The notes beneath the pieces were generated by a model. That model was not told the DNA's origin and did not search any database. It saw only the letters and a list, made by a program, of their open reading frames with translations. From Eledone cirrhosa (taxonomy: Eukaryota), in contig OZ024747.1 of assembly GCA_964016885.1 (NCBI GenBank), positions 10,478,001 to 10,542,000 of the forward strand: a stretch of 64,000 nt of DNA. The letters run 5' to 3'. Shown here in pieces: positions 53,898-64,000 of the stretch; positions within the stretch are counted from its first letter, which is position 1; every line of letters starts with the position of its first letter. The position numbers and the translations under genes were made by a program.

Positions 53898-54265
53898 GAA
53901 GGCACATGGCTTAGTGGCCTTGCAATCAAAAGGTTGTGAGTTCAATTCTCAGACCGGGTGATGTGTTGTTTCCTTGAGCAAGACACTTTATTTCACATTG
54001 CTCCAGTTTACTCAGCTGTAGAAATGAGATGATAGGACTAGGGTACCTATCATTCCACTGCAAAGTGGTCGTGGAGGTGCCACGGCAAACAAGCACCCAG
54101 CCCACACTGTAAAGTGGACGTGTAGGCACCACGGAAAAAAAAAACACCCAGCACTCACTGTAAATGAGGTTGGTGTTAGGAAGGGCATCCAGCTGGAGAA
54201 ATCAAGCCAAAATCCGTTCCCGTCCCACTCTTGCAAGCAGGGAAAAGTGGACGTAAAATGATGAT

Positions 54266-54266
<1 letters not shown>
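53898..54266 (+). mobile_element. SINE family B, near full length (tRNA head, CORE-like block, RTE-type tail)
   Basis: TGGCTTAGTGG..GAGTTCAATTCTC head; TCCTTGAGCAAGACACTTTATTTCAC (CORE-like); GGAAGGGCATCCAGCTG; GGACGTAAAATGATGAT tail. Confidence 0.7.
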
Positions 54267-54297
<31 letters not shown>

Positions 54298-55748
54298 TTA
54301 ACAAAGATCGTTGATATAACGGAGCCTGGTCAACGTCTAGCTCACTCAATTAATCTGCCAAATTGCAGTAATGCAACTGCTACAAGCCCTGTAAGGTGGT
54401 TGGTAATAGGAAGGGCATCCTGCTGTATAAACCATGCCAAAGAGAGTAAAGAGTGTACTGAGTACATTTATCTAATTGATGAATGTACTCAATACACTCT
54501 GTAAAGTGGTTGGTGACAGGAAAGGAATCTAACCATAGAAAGTTCGTGAAACAAAGGGTCGGGATTTTTCAGTTGTGCCAAAGATATAATCTTCCTAATG
54601 TTGGTGATCGACATGATAAAAACACCCAGTACACTGTAAAATATTTGGTGGTGGAGAGAACATCTGGCTGTAGAAAACCTACCAAACAAAGGGTCAAGAG
54701 GACTGTTCAGTTATGTCAAAGGCATGACAACCTCCCTAGTGTTGGTGCTAAAATAAGATATAGTCAGTAGAGCATGGCAATATATATAAACAAGATGCAG
54801 AGTCCCACTCCATCTGAGAAGTCAGCAACTCAACTTGAGTCTGTGAAGACCCATCCAACCCTTGCTAGTGGGGACAACAAATGATAAATAACGATCATGA
54901 TATTGGGTCATATCTATATATGTATTTATTTTGCAAGATTTCTTATCTGAAAACGTGTGTTGAAACAGATATTGTTATACTTTAAGGGGGCCATAATGCA
55001 TGCTTTTATTGGCAGCCTGACCCTCCCAAAATATACCAATATATCAACTAGAAATTGATTGACATATATATATATATATTTAAAATAAACACATGAAACA
55101 ATCACAGGGGATAATTTGTAAAGTGTTTAATTAAATTTATTTTGGATATATATATACACACACACACACACACATACATACATACACATTGATGTAAAGT
55201 TGATCGCATGTATGTATGTGTGCATGTGTGTGTATCACTTTTCAACAGCCATCACCATATCTCTCGTGCACATGATGGTAACAATCGGATCCACCCCGCC
55301 CCACCCCACCTCACCTCATTCTCCAAACGATAGTCAAAAGCCTATTGCCTCTTAGAAAAATGATGAATATTGATTTCTGTAGATGAGTGAGATTGCCAAA
55401 AGTTCTCAATACCAAGTGATCACCAATCACCAATGAGGGGTGGTGGGAGGGATGAGGTAGAGGGGGGCAGATATCCAGTTTGTTATACTATAAACTACTA
55501 CTTCCAGCAATCTTTATCTTTCAACAACTTCTACCTCTCTCTCTCTCTCTCCTGTATTTAAACTAGACATCACCAGCATCACCACCACCACCATCCATCC
55601 CCCCCCCCCCCCTCTCTCTCTCTGGTGAAATGAGAACCAACAGACTACCTGCTACTACAACCCATCAACAATTGATTGGATGCTGTTCTCATACTAGTGT
55701 TGTATTTGGTACTATACAGTAAATCTTTTGTTAAAACCACCTGAAATC

Positions 55749-55854
<106 letters not shown>

Positions 55855-56071
55855 ATGTTTATATACATTAACTATACACATATCTGTATATATATGAGCC
55901 CATAACTCCTGACAGAGTTATATGGGTGCTGTATCCCATCCCTACTCCGGACCTAAACACAACTACTGATTTCTTCCAGAGAAGGAGAATGTGGGAGAGA
56001 ACAAGTGAGAAAGAGAAACAGGGGAAAGGTTGGGCCTCCCCTGTACAGGACAGGTTTTTTTATTGACTTCG

Positions 56072-56278
56072 AAATAATTGTTTCTACTTTAGGCACAAGG
56101 CCAGCAATTACCCAGTACATTACTGGTACTTTATTTTATCGACCCCGTAAGGATGAAAGGCAAAGTTAACCTCGGCGGGCTTTGAACTCAGACCGTAAAG
56201 GGACGTAGCAAAGCTAACCTCAGCAGGTTTTGAACTCAGATTGCAGAGAACCGGATATTCTAACAAATCTGCCCATTT
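56072..56278 (-). mobile_element. SINE family A, composite (young 3' part on an older head)
   Basis: GCAAAG.TAACCTC.GC.GG.TTTGAACTCAGA occurs twice. Confidence 0.7.
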
Positions 56279-56929
56279 CTCTCTCTGTCATTATTTAATA
56301 TAGAAATGGCTTCTACAGGACTAGAACTGTTTCATTCGTATGAAATCATCAGGCATGGGTATCCCTGATGATTTTTTATATAATTTTGAAAATAATCAAC
56401 AATTTTGGAGGATTTAATAATATATCTTTCTCATTATTAATGTTTAGAACATAACATAAAGGTTCTTACATAAAACTATGGAAGAATTGTAAATAAATAG
56501 AAACATATTAAAACAGATTTCTATGAGGGACAGCTTCAAGTAGTTTGTTATCAAAGGGGACCAAAAAGAGACCCTTTATTTAAACACCAAAGCTAGTTCT
56601 TGCCAATCCAATGTCCAAATGAAGTCCAATAGTATGTCTAGGTGTGTGGGGGGAGATTGTGTGGTCTTTTAATAATTTACGTTTCAATTTCACTGTTTGG
56701 TTGTGTATGAGAGAGGGGGGAGGGTGTTCGTGTGTGGTTGTCTGTTCATGTGTATGAGAGAGAGGGGGATAAGCGGGGGGGGGGGGGGTTCGTGTGTTGT
56801 CAGTAAGTCGGATGATCTGTGATTTGTGTCTGAGTGAGAGAGAGAGGGGGGGTTTTCTGTTTTTGAACTATCAAGGTAAAAAAAAAAGGGCCAGGGTGCA
56901 TGCAGGGCATTGAGTTTCTTTGGGTTACC

Positions 56930-57520
56930 TTAAGGAGGTATGAGAGCAATGGTGGTGGTAGTAGCAGTGTTGAGGATGTGCTGGAGTGTCATCCTGTCCC
57001 ACACACCCTCCTCCCACTGGCCCTCCTTTTAGGAGGTATGAGAGCAATGGTGGTGGTAGTAGCAGTGTTGAGGTGGTGCTGGAGTGTCATCCTGTCCCAC
57101 ACACCCTCCTCCCACTGGTCCTCCTTTTAGGAGGTATGAGAGCAATGGTGGTGGTAGTAGCAGTGTTGAGGATGTGCAGGAGTGTCATCCTGTCCCACAC
57201 ACCCTCCTCCCACTGGTCCTCCTTTTAGGAGGTATGAGAGCAATGGTGGTGGTAGTAGCAGTGTTGAGGTGGTGCTGGAGTGTCATCCTGTCCCACACAC
57301 CCTCCTCCCACTGGTCCTCCTTTTAGGAGGTATGAGAGCAATGGTGGTGGTAGTAGCAGTGTTGAGGTGGTGCTGGAGTGTCATCCTGTCCCACACACCC
57401 TCCTCCCACTGGCCCTCCTTTTAGGAGGTATGAGAGCAATGGTGGTGGTAGTAGCAGTGTTGAGGTGGTGCTGGAGTGCCATCCTGTCCCACACACCCCT
57501 CACTTTTTAGGAGGTATGAG
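56930..57520. repeat. 98-bp tandem repeat, ~6 copies
   Basis: AGGAGGTATGAGAGCAATGGTGG...CCACTGG(T/C)CCTCCTTTT; the ORF-track starts are spaced 98 nt apart. Confidence 0.95.
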
Positions 57521-58244
57521 ATGTCACAGAGGTCAAATCAGTTGCCATTTTTAAATGGAGATGGAGAAGAGGAAGAGGGACAAAAACTAAGGGGGTTTCT
57601 TTTATTTTATTTTGTTTAGTGCGTGTTTTTGTCAATCAATGTACTTAATAACAGTCAGGGTTGAAGGGTTAACAGTAAAATTTCTATTTGATGCCCTTCC
57701 CTTTTCACACTAGTGGACCTTTAATTGCTTCCTGCTGTTATCTCTACCAATCTGAGTTCAAATCTCACAGCTAGGTGGAAGATTTACTTTGTTTTTTCCT
57801 TCTTGTTTAATCTTTATTTACAGGGACATTTAATGAGTTAATGTCAGACACTATTTATTGAACATTTTTCTCCTCTGCTTTTCAATTCTAAATTCTAATT
57901 CCACCAGATTAATTGTTTTATCATTCAGCTAAAGAAGAAGTCCCCCCCCCCCATGAGGTGGGAGTGGCTGATGTAGCAGGTGGTACTAGCTCATCTCTAT
58001 GGCAATACTTTAGCCATCTTGTCTGCTGAGATCTACTGTCTAGACAGGTAGAGTCTGACCCTGTATCTCACCCACATTCCACCCCACCTGGCCCCTTTCA
58101 TTATTTAATTTAGTGCTCTTACTATGAAATTATTTATCATTGATTTGCAATAGAAATAAAAGAAAAACTTACTAATTATCAAAGTTCTAATTATGTGTTG
58201 GAAGTTTGATTTGGTTCTCTTACAATATATGGCCTTGTGCCAGA

Positions 58245-58620
58245 CACCACCACCACTGCCACTGCCACTACACACCACCACCGCCACTACACACCACCAC
58301 CACCACCACCACCACCACTGCCACTACACACCACCACCACCAACACTTCCACTACACACCACCACCACCACCACCACCACTGCCACTACACACCACCACC
58401 ACCACTACACACCACCACCAACACTTCCACTACACACCACCACCAACACTGCCACTACATACCACCACCACTTCCACTACACACCACCACTGCCACTGCA
58501 CACCACCACCACCACCACTGCCACTACACACCACCACCACCACCACCACCACTGCCACTACTACACACCACAACCACCACCACCACTACTACACACCATC
58601 ACACACCACCACCACCAACA
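58245..58620. repeat. (CCA)n / CTGCCACTACA repeat
   Basis: Read directly from the sequence. Confidence 0.9.
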
Positions 58621-59065
58621 CATACAACAGCAGACGTAACACAATCGTTATTTTGAGGCCCTAAGCACTTCAAAGAGTATGGTAACCCCCCCCCCCCATC
58701 AAATCTACAAAAGATTGCGGGGCAGGGAGAAGGGGGTTTAATAAATCAAATTTCAAAAAAAAAATGGTGCCCCCCCCCCTCCCTTGATACCCTAAACGTG
58801 TTTATTTTGTTCCATGTCCAAGCCACCCGCTTTAGCTATGTCTATTTAGAGTTCAAAGGGAGCCACTGCCTTAGACTTTGCCTAACATTCTTCCAGGGTT
58901 GATCAAAATAAGAACTGACCAAGTACAGGGGCCGATTTATCTGACCTCCTGATTGACCTACACTTCATTTGTTTACCGAGTGGAATGGACGTCGTCAGAT
59001 TTGACTGAGGAAATAATGTTTACATTGGTCTTTCCAATTGCTAATACTATCAGTTGCAGCTCCTA

Positions 59066-59168
59066 GGTTACAGCACCTAGGTCTCCCAAGAGGTCACCCA
59101 TCTAAGTATTAACTAGGCTCAACGCTGCTTAACTTCGATGATCAGATGAGAACCAGTGTTTTCAGTGT
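59066..59168 (-). pseudogene. 5S rRNA pseudogene, 5'-truncated and degenerate
   Basis: Minus strand reads CACTGAAAACACTGGTTCTCATCTGATCATCGAAGTTAAGCAGCGTTGAGCCTAGTTAATACTTAGATGGGTGACCTCTTGGGAGACCTAGGTGCTGTAACC. Colinear with metazoan 5S rRNA, including box A (AGTTAAGC) and box C (GATGGGTGACC); about the first 14 nt are missing. Confidence 0.88.
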
Positions 59169-59345
59169 AATAATTGTTTCTACTTTGGGCACAAGGCCAG
59201 CAATTACCCAGTACATTACTGGTACTTTATTTTATCGATCCCGTAAGGATGAAAGGCAAAGCTAACCTGGATGGGATTTGAACACAGAGCGTAAGAGGAC
59301 GTAACTATATGCTGTTAAGTATATAGTCCAGCACTCTGTCAATCC
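59169..59345 (-). mobile_element. SINE family A abutting the 5S pseudogene
   Basis: The tail AATAATTGTTTCTACTTTGGGCACAAGGCC begins immediately at the truncated 5' end of the 5S copy. Confidence 0.8.
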
Positions 59346-59761
59346 TCTAACCAAACTAAATTAATAAAAAGAACAGGTTACAAACAGTATTGTAATGATG
59401 GCATTTACAGATGTTGTCCAATTATGATCAAAGGGATTTCCCACCACGACCATCCTGTCTTTGTTTTTTGGATGGAGTGGGGAGAATGCATTAACTAATG
59501 TGTCCTTTCCTTTCGCTAAGACATTGCATTGTAAAATGAGAGGGGATTACGTTGTTATTTCTAGCAAATAGTTCCACCTCATAAAAATACCCCCCCCCCC
59601 CCCCCCCACACACACACACATTTACTGTTGATGTTGTTGCAGTTACTTGCTGCAATTGCTGTTGCAGTTACTGCTACAGTTGCTGCTGTTCTACAATATG
59701 TTATTGCTATATATATATATATATATATATATATCATGAAGTACAAGTCAACAGGTTATAT

Positions 59762-59797
<36 letters not shown>

Positions 59798-60063
59798 CAT
59801 GAAGTACAAGTCAACAGGTTATATACACACACATATATATATTTACTATTCATGCTGTGTGGTTTACCAATGGGTAGATCTGGTTATTCCAGTTAGTAAA
59901 CCGTTGAAAATATATATATATATATATATGCAGAGGTTATATTTAATTTGTTGGGATTCAACAAGCTTAACATTTTTTATAACTGATATAAAGCACTCAA
60001 CAGATTAGTGGAGTAAATATACAATATATTAATAAATGGAAACTATATTTATAAAACCATAAT

Positions 60064-60129
60064 TATTTTATTATATATATTTCAAGGGCAACCAAGGCAA
60101 ATTATGGTGCGCTTTCATCAGATAAAATA
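60064..60129 (-). ncRNA. Minimal type I hammerhead ribozyme
   Basis: TATTTTAT-CTGATGA-aagcgcacca..tggttgccctt-GAAA-TATATA-TA|ATAAAATA. Its paralogue at 60834-60899 (+) has TTGATGA, i.e. a core C-to-T mutation. Confidence 0.7.
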
Positions 60130-60236
60130 CAGATTTTATATATATATGTAAAGTTATATTTAAAATTGTTGGGTTACAACTAGTAAATATTTATAACTGA
60201 TATAAAAGCACTCGACAAATATTTGGAGTATATTTA

Positions 60237-60595
60237 CAATATTAAATAAATGGAAAACTATATTTATAAAACCATATCTATTTCATTATATATATTTCGG
60301 GGATATCATATTAACAATATGCTATGCCTTCATCAGACAAAATACAATATAAACAGTTTTATAGATAAATATATTCGACATACCGTAATAAACATCAACT
60401 TCATTTGAAGAGGTTTACGCTCTTCAAATGAAGTTGATGTTTATTACGGTATGTCGAATATATTTATCTATAAAACTGTTTATATTGTATTTTGTCTGAT
60501 GAAGGCATAGCATATTGTTAATATGATATCCCCGAAATATATATAATGAAATAGATATGGTTTTATAAATATAGTTTTCCATTTATTTAATATTG
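60237..60595. repeat. Perfect fold-back palindrome, 176-bp arms, 7-nt loop
   Basis: 60237-60412 is the reverse complement of 60420-60595; loop GTTTACG. Confidence 0.95.
60488..60553 (+). ncRNA. Minimal type I hammerhead ribozyme (mirror copy on - at 60279-60344)
   Basis: TATTTTGT-CTGATGA-aggcatagcatatt gtt aatatgatatcccc-GAAA-TATATA-TA|ATGAAATA; 8-bp stem I with two G-U pairs. Confidence 0.65.
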
Positions 60596-61028
60596 ATTTT
60601 ATATATATATATATTTTTTCTTTTTTCTCTCTCCCTCACATATCACCTTCTTCCAACAGTTTAATTTAAATAAACCGTTATCTTTTCAACCTTTCGGACA
60701 CTCATTTGCATACTCAATCATAATTTTCTATCACCCTCAATAAATGTAATATCTCCACTATCCAGGAAGCTCCAACCGTTAAGGTTGTCTTTTTTTTCCC
60801 GGTATGTCAATATTTATTTATAAAACAAATTTGTATTTTATTTGATGAAAGCGCACCGTAATTTGCCTTGGTGGCCCTTGAAATATGTATAATAAAATAA
60901 ATATGGTTTTATAAATATAGTTTCCATTTATTAATATATTGTGTATTTACTCCACTTATCTGTTGAGTGCTTTATATCAGCTATAAAATGTTTAAGCTTG
61001 TTGAATCCCAACAAATTAAATATAACCT

Positions 61029-61071
<43 letters not shown>

Positions 61072-61180
61072 GGAGGTGAGTTTTATTGTAGTACAATAAA
61101 GCAATGCAGATATCGGATAAGAAGCACTCTGAAATGCGCATAATAAAATACATGGAACTCCTTTAACCATCTTTTGATCT

Positions 61181-61254
<74 letters not shown>

Positions 61255-61288
61255 CTTTATTAGCCACAGGGGCACAAAAGAAGGGGAC

Positions 61289-61319
<31 letters not shown>

Positions 61320-62347
61320 TGTTTGTATAAAAGTGACTTCACAACTCTCTCTCTTCCTTCCAAGCCAGCCACAAGTTAACACGATGGTAGCGGCAGTGAT
61401 AACAGATACGGAGAAATTGAAGTAGCCGATAATGAGGATGTGTGGTCGTAATGTATAGGGTCAGATGGACAGGAGGATGGTTAATATACAGGACAGGTAT
61501 GGCGAAAATTAGAGGACTAGAGGGGGGCGAAATATAAAGGGACTAGAGGGAGATATGAGAGGTTGTAGGGAGTAGTAACCCGGATCAACTGAAATGTGTG
61601 AGGTTTGAAAACATGGAAGAGAGATATAGTTTGGTTTAGTTTGTTTCGATGAATGATTGAACGTCAGAGAAGACGACACAGAATGGAGGGGGGGCAGCAA
61701 CAGGAAGGTGTAGAGGTGGTGGTGGTGGTGGGAGGAAGGGGGGGGGGTAACTATAGGAAGTAAATGGACAATGTTTAAACTGGATTGATGATGGGTGTGG
61801 TTGGGGGAAAAGAGAGGGGGAAGAGGTAGTGAGAGAGAAGATACAGAGTGAGGTTTTCATTCAACTAGTTTCCTTGTCGAATCTAGCGAAAGGATTCCAC
61901 GAGTCAATCGACATACACACATTCTCTCTCTCTTTCTCTCTTTCACTCTATCACTCTATCACACTCTTTCTCACACCCTCTCTCTCTCATACACATACAT
62001 CTTACCCAACTAATGTACACACACACACACACACACACACAAACTCTCTCTCTCCCACACACACCAACCAGCCAGCCAGCACAGCGACCAACATCATCAC
62101 CGCCGCCGCCGCCAACAACAGTGCAGGTTCGTTCTCAAGGGGGGGGGGGGATAAGGAAGAGACGGGCGCCAGTCTGTGTGTGTGTGTGCGGGCCCATGTG
62201 TGCGTGTGGCGTCAGTGTGTCGGCGAATGTCGGTCAAGTTGCCGCCAACAGAACACACGCAGGTAGAGAGGGAGGAAAAGATGAGAGGGATGGCATGAGG
62301 TGGATAGAGGGAATTAAGAGAGAGAAATATATATATGTGTATGTATG

Positions 62348-62418
<71 letters not shown>

Positions 62419-62600
62419 GTGTATATATATATATCAGCTACAGGAACAATGAACAAAAACAAGTTAAAGGAGTGAATCCCTCCCTCCAGACATACACAAC
62501 AAATAGGGACTTCCAATAAGAAGGATCTTCATATCAGTTTTCTATAATGTAGGGGGTTATTATCTCCCCCACCCATACCATTGTATGTATATGTATGAAT

Positions 62601-62658
<58 letters not shown>

Positions 62659-62734
62659 CGAAGGAAATGTGGTAAGGAACCAGGTGGACCATAACGCACC
62701 AAAGTACTCAATACTTGAGGTAGTAGAGTGGGTA

Positions 62735-62844
62735 ATAGGAACCAGTAAGACCCCGACAGCTGAGCTCAAGCCGTTTCGACGGCTAATTCTGACGGCTAAT
62801 TCCGTCGAAACGGCTTGAGCTCAGCTGTCGGGGTCTTACTGGTT

Positions 62845-62849
<5 letters not shown>
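62735..62849. repeat. Perfect inverted repeat, 48-bp arms, 19-nt spacer, containing a hammerhead 3' half
   Basis: 62735-62782 pairs with 62802-62849. The element (~62657-62849) is bounded by (TA)n on both sides. Confidence 0.93.
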
Positions 62850-62923
<74 letters not shown>

Positions 62924-62998
62924 GCAGCATACACACGCACGTGGGTGTGGGTCTCTACAAGTGATAGTAGCAGATATACAATATATATATATATACAT

Positions 62999-63054
<56 letters not shown>

Positions 63055-63291
63055 ATATATATATATTGATAATAAGTATGAACGAGGTGTCAAATTTTCA
63101 TTAAGTTTATTCAGGTGTGACACGCGTTTCGCGATTGATCGGCTGAAGGTTCGATCTCTATCGATCGGGCCCGACTCTGGAATCAAAAGCTATCACTTCA
63201 ACCTGTGTGTCGTTTGTTTTATTTTTGTTTTATTTTTACACATACACACACATCCATATATGTATATATGTGTACCCGATAGCTTCTTTTC

Positions 63292-63330
<39 letters not shown>

Positions 63331-63394
63331 CAAATTGAAATCTAGTGAGGGGATTTCAAAGGGCTCACCTATTTCCCTATGTATATATATTTCA

Positions 63395-64000
63395 GTGCAG
63401 AAGTAAATGATAAAGTAGAAAATCAAACTTTCCAGTTGTTTTCCGGTTTCTTCTACAACTACAACGGTACGTGATGGGGCCCACCGACAGCCCCGGCAGA
63501 CAGAATGGAGAAGGCATTTCCCCGGTGGACGGCAAGGGAGACGCGCTGGAAAAGCCACTCCAACTCGTGGGGCTCACACCTGCGGCTGGCCAGCTCAGTG
63601 CCTATGGTGGTGAGTAAGGAGGTAGCCCTGGGGCCGAGGACACCAGAAGTATGCACTGCCAGGGGTGCGACCGGTATTTGAGGAGTTTGGCCCCCTCAGC
63701 CCGACGTGCAGCAGAACCTGGGTCAGTCGCAGACTGCACGAGGTTGCGGCTGCAGAAAGTGTCGGTGCAAGTGGCATCCCAGACGAGGGGTTTGCCACCG
63801 CGGAACGGGAAGATGGTCATGCCATCTGGCCTTTTGCTGTCCTCCCGATCCAGCCCCAGCGGCTCGAGCTGGGAAGGGAAGCCTGCAGCGTCCAAGCCAT
63901 GCTTAATGACCTCGTTGAGGGCAGTATATCGTGGAATGCGGCCGGCACTGTGGCGACAGGAAAGCGGGCGGAGGCCGAAATAGTCCACGGTGGAACCGCA
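63395..64000 (-). mobile_element. 3' end of a CRE-like non-LTR retrotransposon (restriction-like endonuclease domain), frameshifted
   Basis: LEPLGLDREDSKRPDGMT, LVWDATCTDT, AARRAEGAKLLKY, then a frame change near 63660 to SGVLG...LFQRVSLAVHRGNA. These are typical RLE-domain motifs of CRE-clade elements; the expected His residues of the Zn knuckle/RH motif are mutated. GC-rich and runs off the window end. Confidence 0.82.

Noticed and set aside
56900-57510. Five similar 76-80 aa ORFs
   Set aside because: Artefact of a 98-bp tandem repeat shifting frame with each unit.

Overview
Repeat-dense, AT-rich animal genomic DNA full of microsatellites; the SINE/MITE/RTE repertoire suggests a cephalopod (Octopus-like), which is inferred from repeat style only. 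The one protein-coding host gene I can support is the 5' half of SMAD4/Medea on the minus strand. It has four confident coding exons (21407-21159, 18392-18218, 16331-16302, 10810-10691) encoding MH1 and the start of the linker, plus a probable 42-nt fifth exon (7177-7136); MH2 must lie beyond base 1. The rest is intron or upstream sequence holding tRNA-type SINEs (several with clean TSDs), RTE LINE fragments, a mariner remnant, TA- and TTAA-flanked MITEs, the 3' end of a CRE-type retrotransposon, a 5S rRNA pseudogene and about 20 tandem arrays. Three things stand out. (1) Several unrelated families of minimal type I hammerhead ribozymes of the Penelope/retrozyme kind, some inside perfect 153-176 bp fold-back palindromes in (TA)n, one with a strand-switch junction in the ribozyme stem. 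(2) One TTAA-ended MITE family has independently seeded at least three different minisatellites from the same subterminal segment. (3) Candidate non-coding, uORF-bearing minus-strand exons lie upstream of SMAD4, one pair duplicated 11.7 kb apart. Almost all ORF-track entries are microsatellite artefacts.
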